A DNA stretch of 64,000 bases, from assembly GCA_963847445.1 (NCBI GenBank), contig CAWJZV010000034.1, positions 96,001-160,000 of the forward strand, given 5' to 3'. Below the pieces are notes generated by a model, which saw nothing but the letters and a program-made list of their open reading frames with translations, was not told the origin of the DNA and did no database searches. The DNA is from an uncultured delta proteobacterium. Its GTDB lineage: Bacteria > Desulfobacterota > Binatia > UBA9968. Numbering within the stretch: position 1 is the first letter of the stretch; the number at the start of each line of letters is the position of its first letter. The translations under genes were made by a program, and so were the position numbers. This document shows, in pieces, positions 36,218 through 45,170 of this stretch.

Positions 36218-37273
36218 TAATCCGCCGCTGCCCATAACACTCGATCCGCCGGCAGGTCTATATCTAATCTCTCCCAGCTGTCGCCCTGGTCGCGGCTGAT
36301 CATTAGATCGCCGGCGCCGCCGGCACCTGACGCGTGGCCGCGGGCGACATTGCCGAAGCCGGCGAAGACCGATTTGTGATCGGTCGGATGATGCACCAGC
36401 GCCCAGACCATGGAGTCGAGTTCTTCGGCGAGGCCGTTGGTAACGCGGCTCCAGGATTGCGCGCCATCGGTGCTTTTGAAGATCGCCGCTCTGGCACCGC
36501 GATTTTCTCGACGCCAGAAGCCCGGAGAGGCGTCGGCGGCGCCGATCAGCATGGTCGCTGGCTCACCGTTGCCCTGCGGATTCGAGAAATAGAAAATCGT
36601 GGAAATAGTCGCGGGTCATGCCGTTTTCCGCGCGAGTCCAACCGACTTCCGGTTTGTCGCTGGTGAAGAAGCCGCGCGCGCTGGCGACATAGTAGCGGTC
36701 GGCACGTTTGGGAAAGTTGGCGATCACATGGATGTCGAGATAGTCGATGCCTTTGCTGACATCTTCCCAGGTGGCGCCGCGGTCGAAGCTGCGCACGATG
36801 CCGCCATGCTCGAGGCATAAGTAAATTGTTTGCGGATCGTCCGGATGAATATGAATGTTGCGCACATGGCCATGGTGCGGCGCTTGCGGATACCACCAGT
36901 TCTTGCGCACCGACTGCGGCAGCTTTTTCAACGCGGTGATTTCTTGCCAACTGTTGCCGCCGTCTTCGCTGCGAAACAGACCCACCGGCTCGATGCCGGT
37001 GTAGACGACTTTGTCGTCGCTGGCATCGACGGTGACCGAGCGGATATCGCCTTCGAATACCTTCGCCCAGCTCTTGCCGCCATTGGTCGTGCGATAGAGA
37101 CCGTCATGGGTGACGCCGACGAACACGGTCTCCGGCGACTGCTTGCAGCCGTGAATCGAATCGATGATGCCGTCTTCGAAGTGACGCGCGACTTCCTGCC
37201 AGCCGGAGTCCGTAGACTTCCAGGCGATCAAGCCATGTTGGGTGCCTGCGTATAATCGTACGCCTTCGCTCAT
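36217..37273 (-). CDS. BNR/Asp-box beta-propeller protein; frameshift near 36570
   Basis: Repeated S/TxDxGxSW boxes (TTNGGKSW, SEDGGNSW, SFDRGATW, STDGAQSW, SRDQGDSW); no signal peptide. Confidence 0.82.
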
Positions 37274-37287
37274 ATTAAACCTCCTGG

Positions 37288-37441
37288 GGTTCCAATGGTT
37301 CAATCACTTCGTTCCGTTCAACCGCTACGCTCCGTTCAACCCCCACCTGTGTCCTCCCCCGCGAACGCGGGGGAAGGATTCGGAAGTGTACCGAGTGCAA
37401 CGAGTGGAACCGACTGCGAACAGCTTGGAACGATTGGAACG
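37288..37441. repeat. Composite repeat with GTTCCA/GTTCAA arms, a central GC palindrome and TTGGAAC arms
   Basis: gttccaatggttcaatc...cgttcaacc; tcctCCCCCGCG-aa-CGCGGGGGaagga (37352-37378); ttggaacgattggaac. Confidence 0.75.
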
Positions 37442-37453
37442 CTCTTTCCGTTC

Positions 37454-38183
37454 CTACGGAAACAGTTCTATTCTCCCCGTGCCGCCTTGATTGATCCCAC
37501 TGCGATTCGATGCGCGAGAAAAATTCCCAAGCCCGGTTGGCGCGGCGCTCGAAGTCGATCTCGGCATTGAAAGTTTTGCATTCATCGGCGCTAAAATGCT
37601 CCACCGGGCCGAGCGCTGCGGCTTGCATGGTTTTCTTGGCGTCGTCTTCCAAGATCAACGACGCGAACAAGACTTCCGCCAAACTCTTGCCGGCGACGAC
37701 GATGCCGTGGCCGCGCATGAGCAGGGCGCGGTGGTCGCCGATGGTTTTCAGCATGGCGTCGCCGCGTTGCGGCGTGGTGACCAGATGGGCTTCCTTGTAG
37801 AGCGGCACGCCTTCGCCGAAGACCGTGCCTTGCAGCGTCACCGGGTGAAACTCGCGCTTGGCGATGGCGAACAGTGTCGCGTAGGGCGTGTGCAGGTGAG
37901 CGACGGCGAGAGCATCCGAGCGCGCCCCGTGCAGCGCCGTGTGAATCGGCCACTCCACCGGCGGCGGAATCGTGCCGGTGGTCGGCTTGCCGCTCAGATC
38001 GATGGGGATCATGTCCGATGCCGTGAAGTTCGCCTTGTCCGAGCCCGAACCGGGAGTGACGAAGATCGTCTTAGTTTCCGGCTGAAACACGCTGACATGG
38101 CCGAACAGGCCGATGAGCCCCTGCATGGCGAAGATTCTCGTGCACGTTGCGAGCTGCTCGCGTAGTTGCTGTTCCGATGCCAT
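37454..38183 (-). CDS. Class II aldolase/adducin-family metalloenzyme (decarboxylase-like)
   Basis: FGHVS, EWPIHTALH, AHLHTP, LMRGHG; likely true end GGTGRIELFP* (TAG 37454) after a frameshift. Confidence 0.88.
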
Positions 38184-39182
38184 CTACTTGGTTCTCCTTT
38201 GTGCGGCTTCCAGTTCCTCTTTGACTTCCTTGACCAGCTGTAAGTGCAGCAGCCGTTCCGGCGCAATATCTTCTTTGAAGCCGAGGGGGATCTTAATATC
38301 GTATTCGAGAAAGTTCTTGATCCCTTCGGCCGACGGCATGCCTGGCACGCCTTGGGGCAGGGCGCGCACGTAGTTCTTCGTGCCTTCGACGATCATCGCT
38401 TTCGAGGCTCTGCCCAGTTGAAGTTTCTTCATGGCCAAATCGACGGCCTCTTCGGGCCGGTCGCGCACGAACATCAACGCACGTATCGCCGCGCGCAGCC
38501 AGCGTTTCACCTGCGCGGGATTGTCGCGCAGCTTGCGATCGGTGGTGACGAAGCCTTGGAAGGGCATGGGAAACAAGTCGCCGAGAAAACCCAACGACAC
38601 GAGGCCTTCTTTTTGCGCGAAGACCAGGCCGCCGGGATCGACGATGGCGGCGTGCGCCGCGCCGGTTTTGATCGCGGTGATCCGAGTATTGGTGTCCGAG
38701 CCCATGGAGATGCGAATCATCTCGCGCGACGCCACGCCGCCGCGCTCGGCGAACATGGTCATCATGCGATCCTGGGTGTCGCCGGGGCTGCCGACGGCGA
38801 TTCTTTTGCCCTTCAAATCGGCAGCGGTCCTGATGCTCGGGTCCGCGACCAGGTAGAAGGTGACCTTCTCGGTCTGAAAATAGATGCCCTTCACCGGCGC
38901 GCCTTTCAGTGCGGCGCGCATGCCGCTGCCGCCACCGCCGCTAAAATCGACGTCGCCGCTAAGCAATGCGGCGGTGGCGAGGGGACCGGAGATGACCACG
39001 GTTTCGTTCTCCAAGCCTTCGTCTTTGAAAAAGCCGCGGGCGTCGGCGACGTGGATGGAGAGGTAGTTTAGATTCGCCTGAGGAATTGCGGTGCGAATTT
39101 TTTCGGCGTGGGCGATGATTGGCGGACGAAAGCGTGATTGCCGCGACGAAAATTGCCAGAGACGGAACAACCCAGGTTCCAC
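38184..39182 (-). CDS. ABC-type substrate-binding protein, NitT/TauT family
   Basis: GFFKDEGLENE, AALLSGDVDF, DLKGKRIAVGSPG; start uncertain. Confidence 0.85.
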   Translation of the reverse strand: MEPGLFRLWQFSSRQSRFRPPIIAHAEKIRTAIPQANLNYLSIHVADARGFFKDEGLENETVVISGPLATAALLSGDVDFSGGGGSGMRAALKGAPVKGIYFQTEKVTFYLVADPSIRTAADLKGKRIAVGSPGDTQDRMMTMFAERGGVASREMIRISMGSDTNTRITAIKTGAAHAAIVDPGGLVFAQKEGLVSLGFLGDLFPMPFQGFVTTDRKLRDNPAQVKRWLRAAIRALMFVRDRPEEAVDLAMKKLQLGRASKAMIVEGTKNYVRALPQGVPGMPSAEGIKNFLEYDIKIPLGFKEDIAPERLLHLQLVKEVKEELEAAQRRTK

Positions 39183-39194
39183 TCGGAGCTGGGT

Positions 39195-39218
39195 CTGGAT
39201 TCCCGCCTACGCGGGAAC
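39195..39218. repeat. dRS3/REP-like palindrome, second copy
   Basis: ctggaTTCCCGC-ctac-GCGGGAAc. Confidence 0.75.
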
Positions 39219-39272
39219 GCCGAACCAAGGAGTCGGTCGCTTTGAGGTGCCATTGCGCAGCTGAATTCGACG

Positions 39273-40080
39273 TTAAGAGAAATACCGATAGAGCAGCCGC
39301 TTCGGGTGAGTGATCGCGAGCCACAGAGCACGCATCTTGCCGGCGATGCCGCAGCGCGGCGTGAACAGGTCCTTCAACATCAAGCCGAGCGGGATTTTAT
39401 GCTTGGGAAATCTGCCGGCGGCGATGTCGCGCACGCCGTATTTGTCTTTGCCTTCCTTCAAGACATAGACGACGCTGCCGCCACCGGCTTCTTTGTCGCC
39501 GTAGGTGTAGCCGCCCACCGCTTCGGCCTGCTTCTTGGCTTTGTCGGCGATCTCTTCGGTGAAGCCGAAGTCGAAAGCGTTCACCGGACAGGCCTGAACG
39601 CAGAAGGGCTGCTTGTCCTCGCTGATGCGGTCGCTGCACATGGTGCACTTGCTCGCCTTGCCGGTGATCTCGTTCTTGGTGATGACTTCCCAGGGACAGG
39701 CGTGGATGCAGTATTCGCAGCCGATGCAGACATCCTTGTTGATGACCACCGGGCCTTCTTCGTACTTGGTAATCGCCTCGACCGGGACAAACCGCGGCGC
39801 AGGCGGCGAAATCGCAGTGCATGCAGCTGTTTCGCGCCCAGATCGGCGACAACCCCTCGAGCACCGGCGGTTCCATGGTGATCCAGTTGGTGCTGGAGAG
39901 TTCGTAGGCGCTGGTGCGGTCGTGGTCGTTCCAATCCTTGCACGCCTGCACGCAGTGACGGCAGCCGATGCATTTGGTCGCGTCGAATAAAATGCTGCGC
40001 GGCTTGCCATCGAGCAGCCGGCCAGTGGGCACCAGGTTGCCGTATTCTTGAGTCAGAGTGTCCGTCGGTTTGTTCGCCAT
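39273..40080 (-). CDS. 4x[4Fe-4S] electron-transfer subunit (DmsB/FdnH-like); frameshift near 39790
   Basis: CIGCRHCVQAC, CMHC...ACAAVCP, CIGCEYCIHACP, KCTMC...PFCVQACP; no Tat signal. Confidence 0.9.
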
Positions 40081-40144
40081 GCGGGTCCTTTCGCGCTTAC
40101 TTTCAGCGTGGGTGTATCACTTAACCTTTTGGCGCCGTCAACAG

Positions 40145-40198
40145 AATGGCAGTGAGCAATGGATAATTGATAATGGAGAATGGAAAATGGAAGATTGA
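40145..40198. repeat. About 7-bp-period (AATGGA) tract
   Basis: aatggataattgataatggagaatggaaaatggaagattg. Confidence 0.65.
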
Positions 40199-40283
40199 CC
40201 TGCCGATTGGACGCTTGTGTTTTGCTAGCTGTCCCGACTAGCATGCCGTTAACTATTGCTTCGGATCGGGAAGGGGATGTCAC

Positions 40284-40967
40284 ATGGCTTCTGGAACATG
40301 GCGAGGGATTGTCGGTGTGGTGAAACCGACTTATGGCTCGGGATCGTTGGTGGAATTTATTCGACTCCTGCCGGAAGGGGTTGGCTGCATTCCAATGTAC
40401 GCCGGCATCAAGGAACATTCGGAACGCGGCTATCTCGGCGCCATGGAAAATTATCATGCAAAGGTCGCGGAGCTGGCGGAGATCGGCGTCGATCTTATGC
40501 ATCCCGAGGGCGGGCCGCCGTTCATGGTGCGCGGCCATAAGGCGGAGCAGGAGATCGTCAGCGCCTGGGAGGCCAAGTATAAAGTGCCGATCTTCACGTC
40601 AGGGATGTCGCAGGCCCAGGCGCTGCGCGCTTTAGGGATCAAGAAGTTTGTCGGCTGCACTTATTTCCGTGATCAGAAGATGAACGATGTCTTCACGCGC
40701 TACTTCACCGACTGCGGCTTCGAAGTGTTGGGCATGGAAGGCATGGACACCTCGCCCAGCGAAGCGGATGGAATTTCCAACGAGACGATTTACCAGCATC
40801 TCAAAGCGTCGTTCAACAAACATCCGACGGCGCAGGGAATTTATCTGCTCGGCTCCGGCGCCTGGGGGATGAAGGACATCATCGCCGCGGAGAACGATCT
40901 CGGCGTGCCGGTGGTTCATCCGGTCGCCGCGCGGGTTTGGTATGTGCAGAAGTTGTTGAAGAATTAA
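40284..40967 (+). CDS. Asp/Glu racemase superfamily protein (maleate isomerase / arylmalonate decarboxylase-like)
   Basis: WRGIVGVVKPT, LPEGVG, ALRALGIKK, YFTDCGFEV, ENDLGVPVV. Confidence 0.75.
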   Translation: MASGTWRGIVGVVKPTYGSGSLVEFIRLLPEGVGCIPMYAGIKEHSERGYLGAMENYHAKVAELAEIGVDLMHPEGGPPFMVRGHKAEQEIVSAWEAKYKVPIFTSGMSQAQALRALGIKKFVGCTYFRDQKMNDVFTRYFTDCGFEVLGMEGMDTSPSEADGISNETIYQHLKASFNKHPTAQGIYLLGSGAWGMKDIIAAENDLGVPVVHPVAARVWYVQKLLKN

Positions 40968-41035
40968 CAATCCGTTGAAGGGCGCGAGCCGGTTGTTGGA
41001 GGAGTTGCCATCAGTCGCTGGCTAGCGATATGCGC

Positions 41036-42949
41036 TCAGTCGAGTTGGCTCCACTCTTGGAATTCTTGGAGGCCCAGTTTCTCCAGCGTGTCTTTGAACG
41101 GTCTGCCGGTGCGCTCGTGCCGGCCGGATTGTTTGTAGTAGTCCCAGATCATGTCCGGCAGCCACTTGGCGATGGTGAAGCCTTTGTATTTGCCGTCGGG
41201 GATCGGTTCTAAAAATCTTGGGCCGACGTCTTGCCAGTCGAAGTCGGCGATCCAGCCGCGCTGGGTGCCGAACAGGCTTTGCAGGATCATGCTGCGGTGG
41301 CCGGCTTGTAGCGCTTCGTCCATGGAAAAATTCCAGCCGGTGATGGCGTTGAAGGCGTCGACGATGGAATTCAAGCCGTCTTTTTTGTGGCTCTCCTGGG
41401 CGAACCAGCAGCCGCCGAAGATGCCGGTGAATTGCCGGTACTGTTCGGAAAGCACATGGGACCAGACCCAGCCTTCCGGGTTGTCCATTTCCAGCGGACC
41501 CCAATGTTCGTTGTCGCGCAGATCCGGCGGCGGATTCTTCGAACCGCCGCCTTGCGGCTTCATGCCGCCGCTGGCGACCAGCTCTCGTAACATTTGACCG
41601 AGCAGCGGGCGCCATTCGTGCATCGCCGGCGTGCCGCCTTTGGTGTGGACCGCCCAGTTGGGCGCGTCGCCGCCGAGGGCTTCGGCCAATTGCTTCGGTC
41701 CTTCGGCGAGCAGATTGCCGAGCCAGCCTTCGCGGCGCGCCGCCATGTCGAGCAATTTACTGACGGCCTCGACGTTGCCCCATTCGAGTTTCACGCCGTT
41801 GGTGCGGTCCGGACCGAGCAGGCCTTTCTCCCACGCTTCGAACGCTACTCCGGCGCCGCAGGAAAAGTGGCTGCACTCGATGCCGAGATTATTGATCTTC
41901 TCGGCGAGATAGAGCACGGCATTGCCTTTGATGCCGAGATTGAAAAAGGTATCGAGCCACTCGCCGCCGGCGTTGAAGTGAACCACCGTGCCTTTGAATT
42001 CGCCCTCGCCCAACTTGGCGTCCCAGGGACACATGCGGGCGCACTGAAAGCAGGGACGGAGCACGACGTCATTGTCGGCGAAGCCGGCGATATGCGCCGG
42101 TTGAATGTCGGTGCTGCGCCAGTTCAAATTATTCAGCGCGCCCCAGGCGTCGCCGTGGCCGTACTTGGTTTTCTTTTTCTTGACGTCGTGTTGCTGCAAG
42201 ACGTTGCGCCAGCGCAGGCCGGCGTCGGCGAGCTTGGCTTTGTCGCGATGGCTCGGCCGCAGCGAGCCGCTGACGACGATGGCTTTGAGTTTTTTCGAAC
42301 CGAGCACGGCGCCGCCGCTATGGGCGGCGAAATGGTTGTAGTCGTTGGCGAGCATGGCGCCGCGGTTCAGGTTCTCACCGGCGGGGCCGATGCACAGCAC
42401 TCTGGCGTCGCGGTTGCCGACGATCTCGCGCAGGCGGTCTTCGGTGTCGCGGGTGCCGAGGCCCCAGACTTTCGCGCCGTCGCGCAATTCCGCCTGGCCG
42501 TCTTTGACGTAAAGATAAACCGGTTGCGCTGACACGCCTTCGACGATCACGCCATCGTAGCCGGCGGCTTTGAGATAGGTCGCCCAATAGCCGCTGGTGG
42601 CGCCGCGGCCGAGCGTCTTGTTGGTTAACGGACTCAAGTAGACCGCGGTCATCTTCGTGCCGCCCGGCGTGAAGCCGTTGCCGGTGAGCGGGCCGGTCAT
42701 CATGACCACTTTGTTTTCCGGGCCGAAGGGCGTGGCGTCGAGCGGCAATTCGTTCATCAAAATATACAGCGCCAGCGCCTGGCCGCCGATGAATTTTTTC
42801 AAGATCGGCTCTTCGGGCAGATTCTCGTCCGTCAGTTTGCCGGTGGTCAGATTGACGCGGAGAATCTTGCCCATATAGCCGCCGGGGAGGGGAGTGGTGC
42901 GCTGTGCCGGAAATAGATTCATCTTCGTATTGCCTTCTGTGATCATCAC
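41036..42949 (-). CDS. Aldehyde:ferredoxin oxidoreductase-family protein, divergent paralog B; intact
   Basis: GYMGKILRVNL, LKAAGYDG, IGPAGEN, GAVLGSKKLKA, CFQCARMC, GGCWF, TLEKLGL. Confidence 0.9.
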   Translation of the reverse strand: MMITEGNTKMNLFPAQRTTPLPGGYMGKILRVNLTTGKLTDENLPEEPILKKFIGGQALALYILMNELPLDATPFGPENKVVMMTGPLTGNGFTPGGTKMTAVYLSPLTNKTLGRGATSGYWATYLKAAGYDGVIVEGVSAQPVYLYVKDGQAELRDGAKVWGLGTRDTEDRLREIVGNRDARVLCIGPAGENLNRGAMLANDYNHFAAHSGGAVLGSKKLKAIVVSGSLRPSHRDKAKLADAGLRWRNVLQQHDVKKKKTKYGHGDAWGALNNLNWRSTDIQPAHIAGFADNDVVLRPCFQCARMCPWDAKLGEGEFKGTVVHFNAGGEWLDTFFNLGIKGNAVLYLAEKINNLGIECSHFSCGAGVAFEAWEKGLLGPDRTNGVKLEWGNVEAVSKLLDMAARREGWLGNLLAEGPKQLAEALGGDAPNWAVHTKGGTPAMHEWRPLLGQMLRELVASGGMKPQGGGSKNPPPDLRDNEHWGPLEMDNPEGWVWSHVLSEQYRQFTGIFGGCWFAQESHKKDGLNSIVDAFNAITGWNFSMDEALQAGHRSMILQSLFGTQRGWIADFDWQDVGPRFLEPIPDGKYKGFTIAKWLPDMIWDYYKQSGRHERTGRPFKDTLEKLGLQEFQEWSQLD

Positions 42950-43037
42950 ATCCCCCTTTGAAAAAGGGGGACCGAGGGGGATTTACTTCTTGGACGATTG
43001 AAAAATCCCCCTTGCCCCCTTTTTCAAAGGGGGGATT
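42950..43037. repeat. Paired CCCCCTTT-n-AAAGGGGG palindromes (REP-like doublet)
   Basis: atccccctttgaaaaagggggaccgagggggattt ... aaatcccccttgccccctttttcaaaggggggatt. Confidence 0.8.
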
Positions 43038-43062
43038 TTCGAATCGTTCGATTCGTTGGACT

Positions 43063-44058
43063 CTATCTCGCGCCGAAGATCCCACGCATCTCTTCGCCGG
43101 CTGGACCATATTCCTTCGCCTGGCGCGGATCGCTGGCTTGCAGTTTCACGTTGCGCAGGGAAAACACTTGGGGATCGACGTCGCGATGGGCGGGAATTCG
43201 TCCCTGATCGCGCAACATGCGCTGGCCTTCGATGGAGAGAATAAAACCGATCAGCAGTTTGCCGGCATTGGGGTGGGGCGCGCCCTTGGCCAAGACCATC
43301 GGATGGACATAGGTAATTACCGGCTCGTCGAAAACATATTGCACCGGGCCGCCTTGGCCTTTGATGCGCGCGGCGATGTGGGCGTAGGTGTTGGTGACGA
43401 CGTGATATTCGCCGGCAGCCAGAAGTTGCGCTGTGATGTTGTGACCGTCGCGCACTGCCGGTTGTTGGGCGGCGAGCGCCTTCAAAAAATTGCGCGCCTT
43501 ATCCTTGCCCCAGCGCCGTTGCAGGCTGACGTACCACTCCGGGTCCTGCAGATTGACGCCGATGCGTCCCTTCCAACGGGGCGCCAACAGGTCTTCATAT
43601 TTCTTTGGCGCTTCATTGGGTTTCACCAGCTGGGTGTTGTAGGCCATGGAGTTGAGCAGCGAGTGGACGTTGACCCAATGGCCGTCGGGATCTTTGAACC
43701 CTTCGTCATAGGCCGCGGCTTCCGGCGGCACGAAGCGCTGGGTGAGCCCCGACTCTTTCATGAGCTGCACTTGAAACCCCGCCGAAGTTATGACGTCGAC
43801 GGCGAAGCGGCCGGCTTTCGCTTCGGTGTTGGCCCGTTGCAGGACGCGCTCGCTGGTGCCGCGGTAGAAGGACGGTTTGATCGCCGGATATTTTTTCTTG
43901 AAAGCATCGACCAGGGTGACGATCTGCTCGTTATTGAGCGAGCTGTAGAGCACGACTTCGCCTTCGGCGCGCGCGCCGTCATCGAGTGTGGCGGCGTGGG
44001 CTCGCGAGAAAATAGGACGGATACGACAAATACGGACAAATAGCGATCGCAGCATCAT
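43063..44058 (-). CDS. Extracellular solute-binding protein (Fe3+/thiamine/polyamine-like family)
   Basis: GARAEGEVVLYSS, MAYNTQLV...PKKYEDLL.PRWKG, APHPNAGKL. Confidence 0.85.
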   Translation of the reverse strand: MMLRSLFVRICRIRPIFSRAHAATLDDGARAEGEVVLYSSLNNEQIVTLVDAFKKKYPAIKPSFYRGTSERVLQRANTEAKAGRFAVDVITSAGFQVQLMKESGLTQRFVPPEAAAYDEGFKDPDGHWVNVHSLLNSMAYNTQLVKPNEAPKKYEDLLAPRWKGRIGVNLQDPEWYVSLQRRWGKDKARNFLKALAAQQPAVRDGHNITAQLLAAGEYHVVTNTYAHIAARIKGQGGPVQYVFDEPVITYVHPMVLAKGAPHPNAGKLLIGFILSIEGQRMLRDQGRIPAHRDVDPQVFSLRNVKLQASDPRQAKEYGPAGEEMRGIFGAR

Positions 44059-44073
44059 TAGCTTTCGCGTCGC

Positions 44074-45054
44074 TCACACATGGCCGATGAAAAGATCGTC
44101 CATCGGCAGCATGGTTTTCATCAAGCCCTGCTCGATCTGGTAGCGGTTCATGGCCGCGAGGGTGCGCTTTTCGTTCTCGCCCATGACGTAGTCGTAGGGA
44201 TCTTCGCCGAGCACGTCGCGTTCTCTTTGATATCCGGCGATTTCTTCCGCCGGCATGTACTGGGTCGAGACATCGCGCGCTTCCATGAAGGCGCGGGTCA
44301 GCTTCGCCGGAAGATCGGGGTGGCGCGCGACGACTTCCTTGCGGATCGACAGCACATGCATGATCGGGTTGATGCCGGTCTTTTTGACGTAGTCGATGAA
44401 TCTCTTGATTGTTATCGAACAGCGGTTTCACGCCAGCGTAGGCGGCCATCATCGGCGGGGTCTCGCCGCCGCCGAAGAATCCGGCATAACCATTGTCGCC
44501 CGGCACAACTGCGCCGTGCAGTTCGCCTTCATTTAACATTTTCGACAGCACCAGCTTCTCGCCGCCGAAGGGCGGCGGCGGATCGATGCGCTGGACTTTG
44601 ACCGGCAGCTCATGGCCGATGAACACTTCGCGGCCGGAGACGAACCACTGCATGTCGGTGGTCTTGATGCCATGGGCGTCGAGTAGATAGCCGCGCGCCC
44701 AGACCACCGCGGTGGCGCCGTAACGGAAGCAGCCGAATTTTTTGCCCTTGAGTTCCGACGGATGCTTCAGATGTTGCTCGCAGTGATAAATATTGCGCTG
44801 GCGCGGGCCGCGCTCGAAGAATACCGGTATCGCCAGCAGCTCTTGACCCTTTTCGATGGCGCGCATCAAGCTCGCCGCCGAGACTTCGCCGACATCCCAT
44901 TCGCCGTGGAGATATTTGTAATGGCGCTCGCCGGATGAGACGAAGTTGGGATCGACGTCGAGCTCGTAGCCTTCGATGCCGACTTTGCCGTCGATGATCG
45001 CCTGGCAGCGTGGGTGGTCGGGGAGGCCTAGGGTAATTTTGGTTTGTTGGCCAT
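44074..45054 (-). CDS. 4,5-dihydroxyphthalate decarboxylase-like protein (SBP fold); frameshifted
   Basis: AIIDGKVGIEG, EWDVGEVSAAS, AIPVF, ATAVVWARGYL, GINPIMHVLSIR, LGEDPYDY.M..N, QIEQGL. Confidence 0.72.
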
Positions 45055-45077
45055 TCGGTTACTCCTTCAAGATTTAT

Positions 45078-45161
45078 GGTTCCAGTCGTTCCAAAGGTTC
45101 CAAATGTTCCAATCGTTTTCGGACATCCTGGAACGATTGGAACTGTTGGAACGATTGGAAC
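45078..45161. repeat. 9-bp-period inverted repeat element, third copy
   Basis: ggttccagtcgttccaaaggttccaaatgttccaatcg ... ctggaacgattggaactgttggaacgattggaac. Confidence 0.85.
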
Positions 45162-45170
45162 TCCCCGGCG

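Noticed and set aside
34159-42949. Divergent AORs as class II benzoyl-CoA reductase BamB
   Set aside because: No BamB-like Cys ligand segment after CxxCxxxC that I can recognise, and no bamC-I or benzoyl-CoA pathway genes
41594-44043. Long plus-strand ORFs (41594-42532, 42958-44043) and similar ones elsewhere
   Set aside because: Antisense shadows of GC-rich genes with no motifs of their own
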